25,237 nt of DNA from Utricularia gibba (lineage: Eukaryota; Plantae; Magnoliophyta): NCBI GenBank assembly GCA_002189035.1, contig NEEC01000422.1, forward strand, positions 1 to 25,237, written 5' to 3'. Within the stretch, counting starts at the first letter, position 1. Every line of letters starts with the position of its first letter. Position numbers and translations under genes: made by a program. The notes under the pieces are model-generated. The model was not told the DNA's origin. It searched no databases and was given only the letters and a program-made list of their open reading frames with translations. This document shows positions 8,866 to 22,299 of this stretch, piece by piece.

Positions 8866-11800
8866 TAGGTGCACCCCAAGACCGCCTCCTCAAGTATAAA
8901 GTAAGTTGTTGAAAAAATCATGTGGGGTGCACGTGATATCGTAATTTAAACAAAGGCATCATTTTTTTAATCGATTTGCATCCGGTTGACCTCATGAGCC
9001 ATACAGAATCGGGGTCAAGGACCAAGTTCCCAGCGAGACTGGCCGCCACAAAACGAGAAGCTGTTCCTTGAAAAACCATGTAGGCAGCCCCCAAAACTGA
9101 ACGTTAATAAATACATCACTTTATTTTCCGAGCTACAACTAACTCTCGGCGCAAGCCAAACCTGACCTTTGTCCCGTTCTAGGTGCACCCCAAGACCGCC
9201 TCCTCAAGTATAAAGTAAGTTGTTGAAAAAATCATGTGGGTGCACGTGATATCGTAATTTAAACAAAGGCATCATTTTTTTAATCGATTTGCATCCGGTT
9301 GACCTCATGAGCCATACAGAATCGGGGTCAAGGACCAAGTTCCCAGCGAGACTGGCCGCCACAAAACGAGAAGCTGTTCCTTGAAAAACCATGTAGGCAG
9401 CCCCCAAAACTGAACGTTAATAAATACATCACTTTATTTCCGAGCTACAACTAACTCTCGGCGCAAGCCAAACCTGACCTTTGTCCCGTTCTAGGTGCAC
9501 CCCAAGACCGCCTCCTCAAGTATAAAGTAAGTTGTTGAAAAAATCATGTGGGGTGCACGTGATATCGTAATTTAAACAAAGGCATCATTTTTTTAATCGA
9601 TTTGCATCCGGTTGACCTCATGAGCCATACAGAATCGGGGTCAAGGACCAAGTTCCCAGCGAGACTGGCCGCCACAAACGAGAAGCTGTTCCTTGAAAAA
9701 CCATGTAGGCAGCCCCCAAAAACTGAACGTTAATAAATACATCACTTTATTTTCCGAGCTACAACTAACTCTCGGCGCAAGCCAAACCTGACCTTTGTCC
9801 CGTTCTAGGTGCACCCCAAGACCGCCTCCTCAAGTATAAAGTAAGTTGTTGAAAAAATCATGTGGGGTGCACGTGATATCGTAATTTAAAAAAGGCATCA
9901 TTTTTTTAATCGATTTGCATCCGGTTGACCTCATGAGCCATACAGAATCGGGGTCAAGGACCAAGTTCCCAGCGAGACTGGCCGCCACAAAACGAGAAGC
10001 TGTTCCTTGAAAAACCATGTAGGCAGCCCCCGAAAACTGAACGTTAATAAATACATCACTTTATTTGCCGAGCTACAACTAACTCTCGGCGCAAGCCAAA
10101 CCTGACCTTTGTCCCGTTCTAGGTGCACCCAAAGACCGCCTCCTCAAGTATAAAGTAAGTTGTTGAAAAAATCATGTGGGGTGCACGTGATATCGTAATT
10201 TAAACAAAGGCATCATTTTTTAATCAATTTGCATCCGGTTGACCTCATGAGCATACATAATCGGGGTCAAGGACCAAGTTCCCAGCGAGACTGGCCGCCA
10301 CAAAACGAGAAGCTGTTCCTTGAAAAACCATGTAGGCAGCCCCCAAAACTGAACGTTAATAAATACATCACTTTATTTTCCGACAACTAACTCTCGGCGC
10401 AAGCCAAACCTGACCTTTGTCCCGTTCTAGGTGCACCCCAAGACCGCCTCCTCAAGTATAAAGTAAGTTGTTGAAAAAATCATGTGGGGTGCACGTGATA
10501 TCGTAATTAAACAAAGGCATCATTTTTTTTTAATCAATTTGCATCCGGTTGACCTCATGAGCAATACATAATCGGGGTCAAGGACCAAGTTCCCAGCGAG
10601 ACTGGCCGCCACAAAACGAGAAGCTGTTCCTTGAAAAACCATGTAGGCAGCCCCCAAAACTGAACGTTAATAAATACATCACTTTTTTTCCGAGCTACAA
10701 CTAACTCTCGGCGCAAGCCAAACCTGACCTTTGTCCCGTTCTAGGTGCACCCAAGACCGCCTCCTCAAGTATAAAGTAAGTTGTTGAAAAAATCATGTGG
10801 GGTGCACGTGATATCGTAATTTAAACAAAGGCATCATTTTTTTAATCGATTTGCATCCGGTTGACCTCATGAGCCATACAGAATCGGGGTCAAGGACCAA
10901 GTTCCCAGCGAGACTGGCCGCCACAAAACGAGAAGCTGTTCCTTGAAAAACCATGTAGGCAGCCCCCAAAACTGAACGTTAATAAATACATCACTTTATT
11001 TTCCGAGCTACAACTAACTCTCGGCGCAAGCCAAACCTGACCTTTGTCCCGTTCTAGGTGCACCCCAAGACCGCCTCCTCAAGTATAAAGTAAGTTGTTG
11101 AAAAAATCATGTGGGGTGCACGTGATATCGTAATTTAAACAAAGCATCATTTTTTAATCGATTTGCATCCGGTTGACCTCATGAGCCATACATAATCGGG
11201 GTCAAGGACCAAGTTCCCAGCGAGACTGGCCGCCACAAAACGAGAAGCTGTTCCTTGAAAAACCATGTAGGCAGCCCCAAAACTGAACGTTAATAAATAC
11301 ATCACTTTATTTTCCGAGCTACAACTAACTCTCGGCAAGCCAAACCTGACCTTTGTCCCGTTCTAGGTGCACCCCAAGACCGCCTCCTCAAGTATAAAGT
11401 AAGTTGTTGAAAAAATCATGTGGGGTGCACGTGATATCGTAATTTAAACAAAGGCATCATTTTTTTTAATCGATTTCCATCCGGTTGACCTCATGAGCCA
11501 TACAGAATCGGGGTCAAGGACCAAGTTCCCAGCGAGACTGGCCGCCACAAAACGAGAAGCTGTTCCTTGAAAAACCATGTAGGCAGCCCCCAAAAACTGA
11601 ACGTTAATAAATACATCACTTTATTTGCCGAGCTACAACTAACTCTCGGCGCAAGCCAAACCTGACCTTTGTCCCGTTCTAGGTGCACCCCAAGACCGCC
11701 TCCTCAAGTATAAAGTAAGTTGTTGAAAAAATCATGTGGGTGCACGTGATATCGTAATTTAAACAAAGGCATCATTTTTTAATCGATTTGCATCCGGTTG

Positions 11801-13542
11801 ACCTCATGAGCCATACAGAATCGGGGTCAAGGACCAAGTTCCCAGCGAGACTGGCCGCCACAAAACGAGAAGCTGTTCCTTGAAAAACATGTAGGCAGCC
11901 CCCAAAAACTGAACGTTAATAAATACATCACTTTATTTTCCGAGCTACAACTAACTCTCGGCGCAAGCCAAACCTGACCTTTGTCCCGTTCTAGGTGCAC
12001 CCCAAGACCGCCTCCTCAAGTATAAAGTAAGTTGTTGAAAAAATCATGTGGGGTGCACGTGATATCGTAATTTAAACAAAGGCATCATTTTTTTAATCGA
12101 TTTGCATCCGGTTGACCTCATGAGCCATACAGAATCGGGGTCAAGGACCAAGTTCCCAGCGAGACTGGCCGCCACAAAACGAGAAGCTGTTCCTTGAAAA
12201 ACCATGTAGGCAGCCCCAAAAACTGAACGTTAATAAATACATCACTTTATTTTCCGAGCTACAACTAACTCTCGGCGCAAGCCAAACCTGACCTTTGTCC
12301 CGTTCTAGGTGCACCCCAAGACCGCCTCCTCAAGTATAAAGTAAGTTGTTGAAAAATCATGTGGGGTGCACGTGATATCGTAATTTAAACAAAGGCATCA
12401 TTTTTTTAATCGATTTGCATCCGGTTGACCTCATGAGCCATACATAATCGGGGTCAAGGACCAAGTTCCAGCGAGACTGGCCGCCACAAAACGAGAAGCT
12501 GTTCCTTGAAAAACCATGTAGGCAGCCCCCAAAAACTGAACGTTAATAAATACATCACTTTATTTTCCGAGCTACAACTAACTCTCGGCGCAAGCCAAAC
12601 CTGACCTTTGTCCCGTTCTAGGTGCACCCCAAGACCGCCTCCTCAAGTATAAAGTAAGTTGTTGAAAAAATCATGTGGGGTGCACGTGATATCGTAATTT
12701 AAAAAAGGCATCATTTTTTTAATCGATTTGCATCCGGTTGACCTCATGAGCCATACAGAATCGGGGTCAAGGACCAAGTTCCCAGCGAGACTGGCCGCCA
12801 CAAAACGAGAAGCTGTTCCTTGAAAAACCATGTAGGCAGCCCCCAAAACTGAACGTTAATAAATACATCACTTTATTTGCCGAGCTACAACTAACTCTCG
12901 GCAAGCCAAACCTGACCTTTGTCCCGTTCTAGGTGCACCCAAGACCGCCTCCTCAAGTATAAAGTAAGTTGTTGAAAAAATCATGTGGGGTGCACGTGAT
13001 ATCGTAATTTAAACAAAGGCATCATTTTTTAATCGATTTGCATCCGGTTGACCTCATGAGCAATACATAATCGGGGTCAAGGACCAAGTTCCCAGCGAGA
13101 CTGGCCGCCACAAAACGAGAAGCTGTTCCTTGAAAAACCATGTAGGCAGCCCCCAAAACTGAACGTTAATAAATACATCACTTTATTTGCCGACAACTAA
13201 CTCTCGGCGCAAGCCAAACCTGACCTTTGTCCCGTTCTAGGTGCACCCCAAGACCGCCTCCTCAAGTATAAAGTAAGTTGTTGAAAAAATCATGTGGGGT
13301 GCACGTGATATCGTAATTTAAACAAAGCATCATTTTTTTAATCAATTTGCATCCGGTTGACCTCATGAGCAATACATAATCGGGGTCAAGGACCAAGTTC
13401 CCAGCGAGACTGGCCGCCACAAAACGAGAAGCTGTTCCTTGAAAAACCATGTAGGCAGCCCCCAAAACTGAACGTTAATAAATACATCACTTTATTTGAC
13501 AACTAACTCTCGGCGCAAGCAAACCTGACCTTTGTCCCGTTC

Positions 13543-13717
13543 TAGGTGCACCCAAGACCGCCTCCTCAAGTATAAAGTAAGTTGTTGAAAAAATCATGTG
13601 GGGTGCACGTGATATCGTAACAAAGCCCCAAAAACTGAACGTTAATAAATACATCACTTTATTTTCCGAGCTACAACTAACTCTCGGCGCAAGCCAAACC
13701 TGACCTTTGTCCCGTTC
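13543..13717 (+). repeat. Truncated monomer (175 bp), ~137-bp net internal deletion
   Basis: Junction ...GATATCGTAACAAAG|CCCCAAAAACTG at ~13625; anchor spacing 175 bp. Confidence 0.85.
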
Positions 13718-15282
13718 TAGGTGCACCCCAAGACCGCCTCCTCAAGTATAAAGTAAGTTGTTGAAAAAATCATGTGGGGTGCACGTGATATCGTAATTTA
13801 AACAAAGGCATCATTTTTTTTAATCAATTTGCATCCGGTTGACCTCATGAGCCATACATAATCGGGGTCAAGGACCAAGTTCCCAGCGAGACTGGCCGCC
13901 ACAAAACGAGAAGCTGTTCCTTGAAAAACCATGTAGGCAGCCCCCAAAACTGAACGTTAATAAATACATCACTTTATTTTCCGAGCTACAACTAACTCTC
14001 GGCGCAAGCCAAACCTGACCTTTGTCCCGTTCTAGGTGCACCCCAAGACCGCCTCCCAAGTATAAAGTAAGTTGTTGAAAAAATCATGTGGGGTGCACGT
14101 GATATCGTAATTTAAACAAAGGCATCATTTTTTTAATCGATTTGCATCCGGTTGACCTCATGAGCCATACAGAATCGGGGTCAAGGACCAAGTTCCCAGC
14201 GAGACTGGCCGCCACAAAACGAGAAGCTGTTCCTTGAAAAACCATGTAGGCAGCCCCCAAAAACTGAACGTTAATAAATACATCACTTTATTTTCCGAGC
14301 TACAACTAACTCTCGGCGCAAGCCAAACCTGACCTTTGTCCCGTTCTAGGTGCACCCCAAGACCGCCTCCTCAAGTATAAAGTAAGTTGTTGAAAAAATC
14401 ATGTGGGGTGCACGTGATATCGTAATTTAAACAAAGGCATCATTTTTTAATCAATTTGCATCCGGTTGACCTCATGAGCAATACATAATCGGGGTCAAGG
14501 ACCAAGTTCCCAGCGAGACTGGCCGCCACAAAACGAGAAGCTGTTCCTTGAAAAACCATGTAGGCAGCCCCAAAACTGAACGTTAATAAATACATCACTT
14601 TATTTGCCGCAACTAACTCTCGGCGCAAGCCAAACCTGACCTTTGTCCCGTTCTAGGTGCACCCCAAGACCGCCTCCTCAAGTATAAAGTAAGTTGTTGA
14701 AAAAATCATGTGGGGTGCACGTGATATCGTAATTTAAAAAAGGCATCATTTTTTTTAATCGATTTCCATCCGGTTGACCTCATGAGCCATACAGAATCGG
14801 GGTCAAGGACCAAGTTCCCAGCGAGACTGGCCGCCACAAAACGAGAAGCTGTTCCTTGAAAAACCATGTAGGCAGCCCCCAAAAACTGAACGTTAATAAA
14901 TACATCACTTTATTTGCCGAGCTACAACTAACTCTCGGCGCAAGCCAAACCTGACCTTTGTCCCGTTCTAGGTGCACCCCAAGACCGCCTCCTCAAGTAT
15001 AAAGTAAGTTTTGAAAAAATCATGTGGGGTGCACGTGATATCGTAATTTAAACAAAGGCATCATTTTCTTTAATCGATTTCCATCCGGTTGACCTCATGA
15101 GCCATACAGAATCGGGGTCAAGGACCAAGTTCCCAGCGAGACTGGCCGCCACAAAACGAGAAGCTGTTCCTTGAAAAACCATGTAGGCAGCCCCGAAAAA
15201 CTGAACGTTAATAAATACATCACTTTATTTCCGAGCTACAACTAACTCTCGGCGCAAGCCAAACCTGACCTTTGTCCCGTTC
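13718..15282 (+). repeat. Five-monomer haplotype cassette V-W-X-Y-Z, copy 2 (M46-M50)
   Basis: Same ordered variants as 6671-8235, 23 monomers (7047 bp) downstream, and likewise preceded by a truncated monomer. Confidence 0.65.
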
Positions 15283-18200
15283 TAGGTGCACCCCAAGACC
15301 GCCTCCTCAAGTATAAAGTAAGTTGTTGAAAAAATCATGTGGGGTGCACGTGATATCGTAATTTAAACAAAGGCATCATTTTTTTTAATCGATTTGCATC
15401 CGTTGACCTCATGAGCCATACAGAATCGGGTCAAGGACCAAGTTCCCAGCGAGACTGGCCGCCACAAAACGAGAAGCTGTTCCTTGAAAAACCATGTAGG
15501 CAGCCCCCAAAAACTGAACGTTAATAAATACATCACTTTATTTTCCGAGCTACAACTAACTCTCGGCGCAAGCCAAACCTGACCTTTGTCCCGTTCCAGG
15601 TGCACCCCAAGACCGCCTCCTCAAGTATAAAGTAAGTTGTTGAAAAAATCATGTGGGTGCACGTGATATCGTAATTTAAACAAGGCATCATTTTTTTAAT
15701 CGATTTGCATCCGTTGACCTCATGAGCCATACAGAATCGGGGTCAAGGACCAAGTTCCCAGCGAGACTGGCCGCCACAAAACGAGAAGCTGTTCCTTGAA
15801 AAACCATGTAGGCAGCCCCCAAAAACTGAACGTTAATAAATACATCACTTTATTTTCCGAGCTACAACTAACTCTCGGCGCAAGCCAAACCTGACCTTTG
15901 TCCCGTTCTAGGTGCACCCCAAGACCGCCTCCCAAGTATAAAGTAAGTTGTTGAAAAAATCATGTGGGTGCACGTGATATCGTAATTTAAACAAAGGCAT
16001 CATTTTTTTAATCGATTTGCATCCGGTTGACCTCATGAGCCATACAGAATCGGGGTCAAGGACCAAGTTCCAGCGAGACTGGCCGCCACAAAACGAGAAG
16101 CTGTTCCTTGAAAAACCATGTAGGCAGCCCCAAAAACTGAACGTTAATAAATACATCACTTTATTTGCCGAGCTACAACTAACTCTCGGCGCAAGCCAAA
16201 CCTGACCTTTGTCCCGTTCTGGTGCACCCCAAGACCGCCTCCTCAAGTATAAAGTAAGTTGTTGAAAAATCATGTGGGTGCACGTGATATCGTAATTTAA
16301 ACAAACATCATTTTTTTAATCAATTTGCATCCGGTTGACCTCATGAGCCATACATAATCGGGGTCAAGGACCAAGTTCCCAGCGAGACTGGCCGCCACAA
16401 AACGAGAAGCTGTTCCTTGAAAAACCATGTAGGCAGCCCCCGAAAAACTGAACGTTAATAAATACATCACTTTATTTGCCGAGTTACAACTAACTCTCGG
16501 CGCAAGCCAAACCTGACCTTTGTCCCGTTCCAGGTGCACCCCAAGACCGCCTCCTCAAGTATAAAGTAAGTTGTTGAAAAAATCATGTGGGTGCACGTGA
16601 TATCGTAATTTAAAAAGGCATCATTTTCTTTAATCGATTTCCATCCGGTTGACCTCATGAGCCATACAGAATCGGGGTCAGGACCAAGTTCCCAGCGAGA
16701 CTGGCCGCCACAAAACGAGAAGCTGTTCCTTGAAAAACCATGTAGGCAGCCCCCAAAAACTGAACGTTAATAAATACATCACTTTATTTGCCGAGCTACA
16801 ACTAACTCTCGGCGCAAGCCAAACCTGACCTTTGTCCCGTTCTAGGTGCACCCCAAGACCGCCTCCTCAAGTATAAAGTAAGTTGTTGAAAAAATCATGT
16901 GGGGTGCACGTGATATCGTAATTTAAACAAAGGCATCATTTTTTAATCGATTTCCATCCGGTTGACCTCATGAGCCATACAATCGGGGTCAAGGACCAAG
17001 TTCCCAGCGAGACTGGCCGCCACAAAACGAGAAGCTGTTCCTTGAAAAACCATGTAGGCAGCCCCCAAAACTGAACGTTAATAAATACATCACTTTATTT
17101 TCCGAGCTACAACTAACTCTCGGCGCAAGCCAAACCTGACCTTTGTCCCGTTCTAGGTGCACCCAAGACCGCCTCCTCAAGTATAAAGTAAGTTGTTGAA
17201 AAAAATCATGTGGGGTGCACGTGATATCGTAATTTAAACAAAGCATCATTTTTTTAATCAATTTGCATCCGTTGACCTCATGAGCCATACAGAATCGGGG
17301 TCAAGGACCAAGTTCCCAGCGAGACTGGCCGCCACAAAACGAGAAGCTGTTCCTTGAAAAACCATGTAGGCAGCCCCAAAAACTGAACGTTAATAAATAC
17401 ATCACTTTATTTTCCGAGCTACAACTAACTCTCGGCGCAAGCCAAACCTGACCTTTGTCCCGTTCCAGGTGCACCCCAAGACCGCCTCCACAAGTATAAA
17501 GTAAGTTGTTGAAAAAATCATGTGGGGTGCACGTGATATCGTAATTTAAACAAGGCATCATTTTTTTAATCGATTTGCATCCGGTTGACCTCATGAGCCA
17601 TACAGAATCGGGGTCAAGGACCAAGTTCCCAGCGAGACTGGCCGCCACAAAACGAGAAGCTGTTCCTTGAAAAACCATGTAGGCAGCCCCCAAAACTGAA
17701 CGTTAATAAATACATCACTTTATTTTCCGAGCTACAACTAACTCTCGGCGCAAGCCAAACCTGACCTTTGTCCCGTTCTAGGTGCACCCCAAGACCGCCT
17801 CCTCAAGTATAAAGTAAGTTGTTGAAAAAAATCATGTGGGTGCACGTGATATCGTAATTTAAACAAAGGCATCATTTTTTTAATCGATTTGCATCCGGTT
17901 GACCTCATGAGCCATACATAATCGGGTCAAGGACCAAGTTCCCAGCGAGACTGGCCGCCACAAAACGAGAAGCTGTTCCTTGAAAAACCATGTAGGCAGC
18001 CCCCAAAAACTGAACGTTAATAAATACATCACTTTTTTCCGAGCTACAACTAACTCTCGGCGCAAGCCAAACCTGACCTTTGTCCCGTTCTAGGTGCACC
18101 CCAAGACCGCCTCCTCAAGTATAAAGTAAGTTGTTGAAAAAATCATGTGGGTGCACGTGATATCGTAATTTAAAGAAAGGCATCATTTTCTTTAATCAAT

Positions 18201-19325
18201 TTCATCCGGTTGACCTCATGAGCCATACATAAATCGGGGTCAAGGACCAAGTTCCCAGCGAGACTGGCCGCCACAAAAGAGAAGCTGTCCTTGAAAAACC
18301 ATGTAGGCAGCCCCCAAAACTGAACGTTAATAAATACATCACTTTATTTTCCGAGTACAACTAACTCTCGGCGCAAGCCAAACCTGACCTTTGTCCCGTT
18401 CCAGGTGCACCCAAGACCGCCTCCACAAGTATAAACAAGTTGTTGAAAAAATCATGTGGGGTGCACGTGATATCGTAATTTAAAAAGGCATCATTTTTAA
18501 TCGATTTCCATCCGGTTGACCTCATGAGCCATACAGAATCGGGGTCAAGGACCAAGTTCCCAGCGAGACTGGCCGCCACAAAACGAGAAGCTGTTCCTTG
18601 AAAAACCATGTAGGCAGCCCCCGAAAACTGAACGTTAATAAATACATCACTTTATTTGCCGAGCTACAACTAACTCTCGGCGCAAGCCAAACCTGACCTT
18701 TGTCCCGTTCCAGGTGCACCCAAGACCGCCTCAAGTATAAAGTAAGTTGTTGAAAAAATCTGGGGGTGACGTGATATCGTAATTTAATCAAATGCAACAT
18801 TTTTTTAATCAATTTGCATCCGGTTGACCTCATGAGCAATACATAATCGGGGTCAGGACCAAGTTCCCAGCGAGACTGCCGCCACAAAACGAGAAGCTGT
18901 TCCTTGAAAAACCATGTAGGCAGCCCCGAAAACTGAACGTTAATAAATACATCACTTTATTTCCGAGCTACAACTAACTCTCGGCGCAAGCCAAACCTGA
19001 CCTTTGTCCCGTTCTAGGTGCACCCCAAGACCGCCTCCTCAAGTATAAAGTAAGTTGTTGAAAAAATCATGTGGGGTGCACGTGATATCGTAATTTAAAC
19101 AAAGGCACATTTCTTTAATCAATTTGCATCCGGTTGACCTCATGAGCAATACATAATCGGGGTCAAGGACCAAGTTCCCAGCGAGACTGGCCGCCACAAA
19201 ACGAGAAGCTGTTCCTTGAAAAACCATGTAGGCAGCCCCGAAAACTGAACGTTAATAAATACATCACTTTATTTCCGTGTTACAACTAACTCTCGGCGCA
19301 AGCCAAACCTGACCTTGTCCCGTTC

Positions 19326-19516
19326 TAGGTGCACCCAAGACCGCCTCCTCAAGTATAAAGTAAGTTGTTGAAAAAATCATGTGGGTGAACGTGATATCCC
19401 TGTTCCTTGAAAACCATGTAGGGAGCCCCCAAAAACTGAACGTTAAAATACATCACTTTATTTTCCGAGCTACAACTAACTCTCGGCGCAAGCCAAACCT
19501 GACCTTTGTCCCGTTC
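19326..19516 (+). repeat. Truncated monomer (191 bp), ~120-bp internal deletion
   Basis: Junction ...GTGATATC|CCTGTTCCTTG at ~19398; anchor spacing 191 bp. Confidence 0.85.
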
Positions 19517-20743
19517 TAGGTGCACCCCAAGACCGCCTCCTCAAGTATAAAGTAAGTTGTTGAAAAATCATGTGGGGTGCACGTGATATCGTATTTAAAC
19601 AAAGGCATCATTTTTTTTAATCAATTTGCATCCGGTTGACCTCATGAGCAATACATAATCGGGGTCAAGGACCAAGTTCCCAGCGAGACTGGCCGCCACA
19701 AAACGAGAAGCTGTTCCTTGAAAAACCATGTAGGCAGCCCCCCAAAACTGAACGTAAATAAATACATCACTTTATTTCCGAGCTACAACTAACTCTCGGC
19801 GCAAGCCAAACCTGACTTTGTCCCGTTCTAGGTGCACCCAAGACCGCCTCCTCAAGTATAAAGTAAGTTGTTGAAAAATCATGTGGGGTGCACGTGATAT
19901 CGTAATTTAAACAAAGGCATCATTTTTTTAATCGATTTGCATCCGGTTGACCTCATGAGCCATATAATCGGGGTCAAGGACCAAGTTCCCAGCGAGACTG
20001 GCCGCCACAAACGAGAAGCTGTTCCTTGAAAAACCATGTAGGCAGCCCCCAAAACTGAACGTTAATAAATACATCACTTTATTTTCCGAGCTACAACTAA
20101 CTCTCGGCGCAAGCCAAACCTGACCTTTGTCCCGTTCTAGGTGCACCCAAGACCGCCTCCTCAAGTATAAAGTAAGTTGTTGAAAAAATCATGTGGGTGC
20201 ACGTGATATCGTAATTTAAAGAAAGGCATCATTTTTTAATCGATTTCCATCCGGTTGACCTCATGAGCCATACAGAATCGGGGTCAAGGACCAAGTTCCC
20301 GAGACTGGCCGCCACAAAACGAGAAGCTGTTCCTTGAAAAACCATGTAGGCAGCCCCCAAAAACTGAACGTTAATAAATACATCACTTTATTTGCCGAGC
20401 TACAACTAACTCTCGGCGCAAGCCAAACCTGACCTTTGTCCCGTTCCAGGTGCACCCAAGACCGCCTCCTCAAGTAAAGTAAAAAAATCATGTGGGTGCA
20501 CGTGATATCGTAATTTAACAAAGCATCATTTTTTAATCATTTGCATCCGGTTGACCTCATGAGCATACAAATCGGGGTCAAGGACCAAGTTCCCAGCGAG
20601 ACTGGCCGCCACAAAACGAGAAGCTGTTCCTTGAAAAACCATGTAGGCAGCCCCCGAAAACTGAACGTTAATAAATACATCACTTTATTTGCCGTGTTAC
20701 AACTAACTCTCGGCGCAAGCCAAACCTGACCTTTGTCCCGTTC

Positions 20744-22299
20744 TAGGTGCACCCCAAGACCGCCTCCTCAAGTATAAAGTAAGTTGTTGAAAAAATCATG
20801 TGGGGTGCACGTGATATCGTAATTTAAACAAAGGCATCATTTTTTAATCAATTTGCATCCGGTTGACCTCATGAGCAATACATAATCGGGGTCAAGGACC
20901 AAGTTCCCAGCGAGACTGGCCGCCACAAAACGAGAAGCTGTTCCTTGAAAAACCATGTAGGCAGCCCCCCAAAACTGAACGTTAATAAATACATCACTTT
21001 ATTTCCGAGCTACAACTAACTCTCGCGCAAGCCAAACTGACCTTTGTCCCGTTCTAGGTGCACCCAAGACCGCCTCCCTAAGTATAAAGTAAGTTGTTGA
21101 AAAAATCATGTGGGGTGCACGTGATATCGTAATTTAAACAAAGGCATCATTTTTTTTAATCGATTTGCATCCGGTTGACCTCATGAGCCATACAGAATCG
21201 GGGTCAAGGACCAAGTTCCCAGCGAGACTGGCCGCCACAAAACGAGAAGCTGTTCCTTGAAAAACCATGTAGGCAGCCCCCAAAAACTGAACGTTAATAA
21301 ATACATCACTTTATTTGCCGAGCTACAACTAACTCTCGGCGCAAGCCAAACCTGACCTTTGTCCCGTTGGTGCACCCAAGACCGCCTCCTCAAGTATAAA
21401 GTAAGTTTTGAAAAAATCATGTGGGGTGCACGTGATATCGTAATTTAACAAAGGCAACATTTTTTAATCATTTGCATCCGGTTGACCTCATGAGCAATAC
21501 ATAATCGGGGTCAAGGACCAAGTTCCCAGCGAGACTGGCCGCCACAAAACGAGAAGCTGTTCCTTGAAAACCATGTAGGCAGCCCCCGAAAACTGAACGT
21601 TAATAAATACATCACTTTAATTGCCGTACAACTAACTCTCGGCGCAAGCCAAACCTGACCTTTGTCCCGTTCTAGGTGCACCCCAAGACCGCCTCCTCAA
21701 GTATAAAGCAAGTTGTTGAAAAAATCATGTGGGTGCACGTGATATCGTAATTTAAAGAAAGGCATCATTTTCTTTAATCGATTTCCATCCGGTTGACCTC
21801 ATGAGCCATACAGAATCGGGGTCAGGACCAAGTTCCCAGCGAGACTGGCCGCCACAAAACGAGAAGCTGTTCCTTGAAAAACCATGTAGGCAGCCCCAAA
21901 AACTGAACGTTAATAAATACATCACTTTATTTGCCGAGCTACAACTAACTCTCGGCGCAAGCCAAACCTGACCTTTGTCCCGTTCTAGGTGCACCCAAGA
22001 CCGCCTCCTCAAGTATAAAGTAAGTTGTTGAAAAAATCATGTGGGGTGCACGTGATATCGTAATTTAAACAAAGGCATCATTTTCTTTAATCGATTTCCA
22101 TCCGGTTGACCTCATGAGCCATACAGAATCGGGGTCAAGGACCAAGTTCCCAGCGAGACTGGCCGCCACAAAATGAGAAGCTGTTCCTTGAAAAACCATG
22201 TAGGCAGCCCCGAAAACTGAACGTTAATAAATACATCACTTTATTTTCCGAGCTACAACTAACTCTCGGCGCAAGCCAAACCTGACCTTTGTCCCGTTC
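20744..22299 (+). repeat. Five-monomer haplotype cassette V-W-X-Y-Z, copy 3 (M69-M73)
   Basis: Same ordered variants (W reads CTCCCTAAG at 21074-21082), 23 monomers (7026 bp) after copy 2. Confidence 0.6.
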
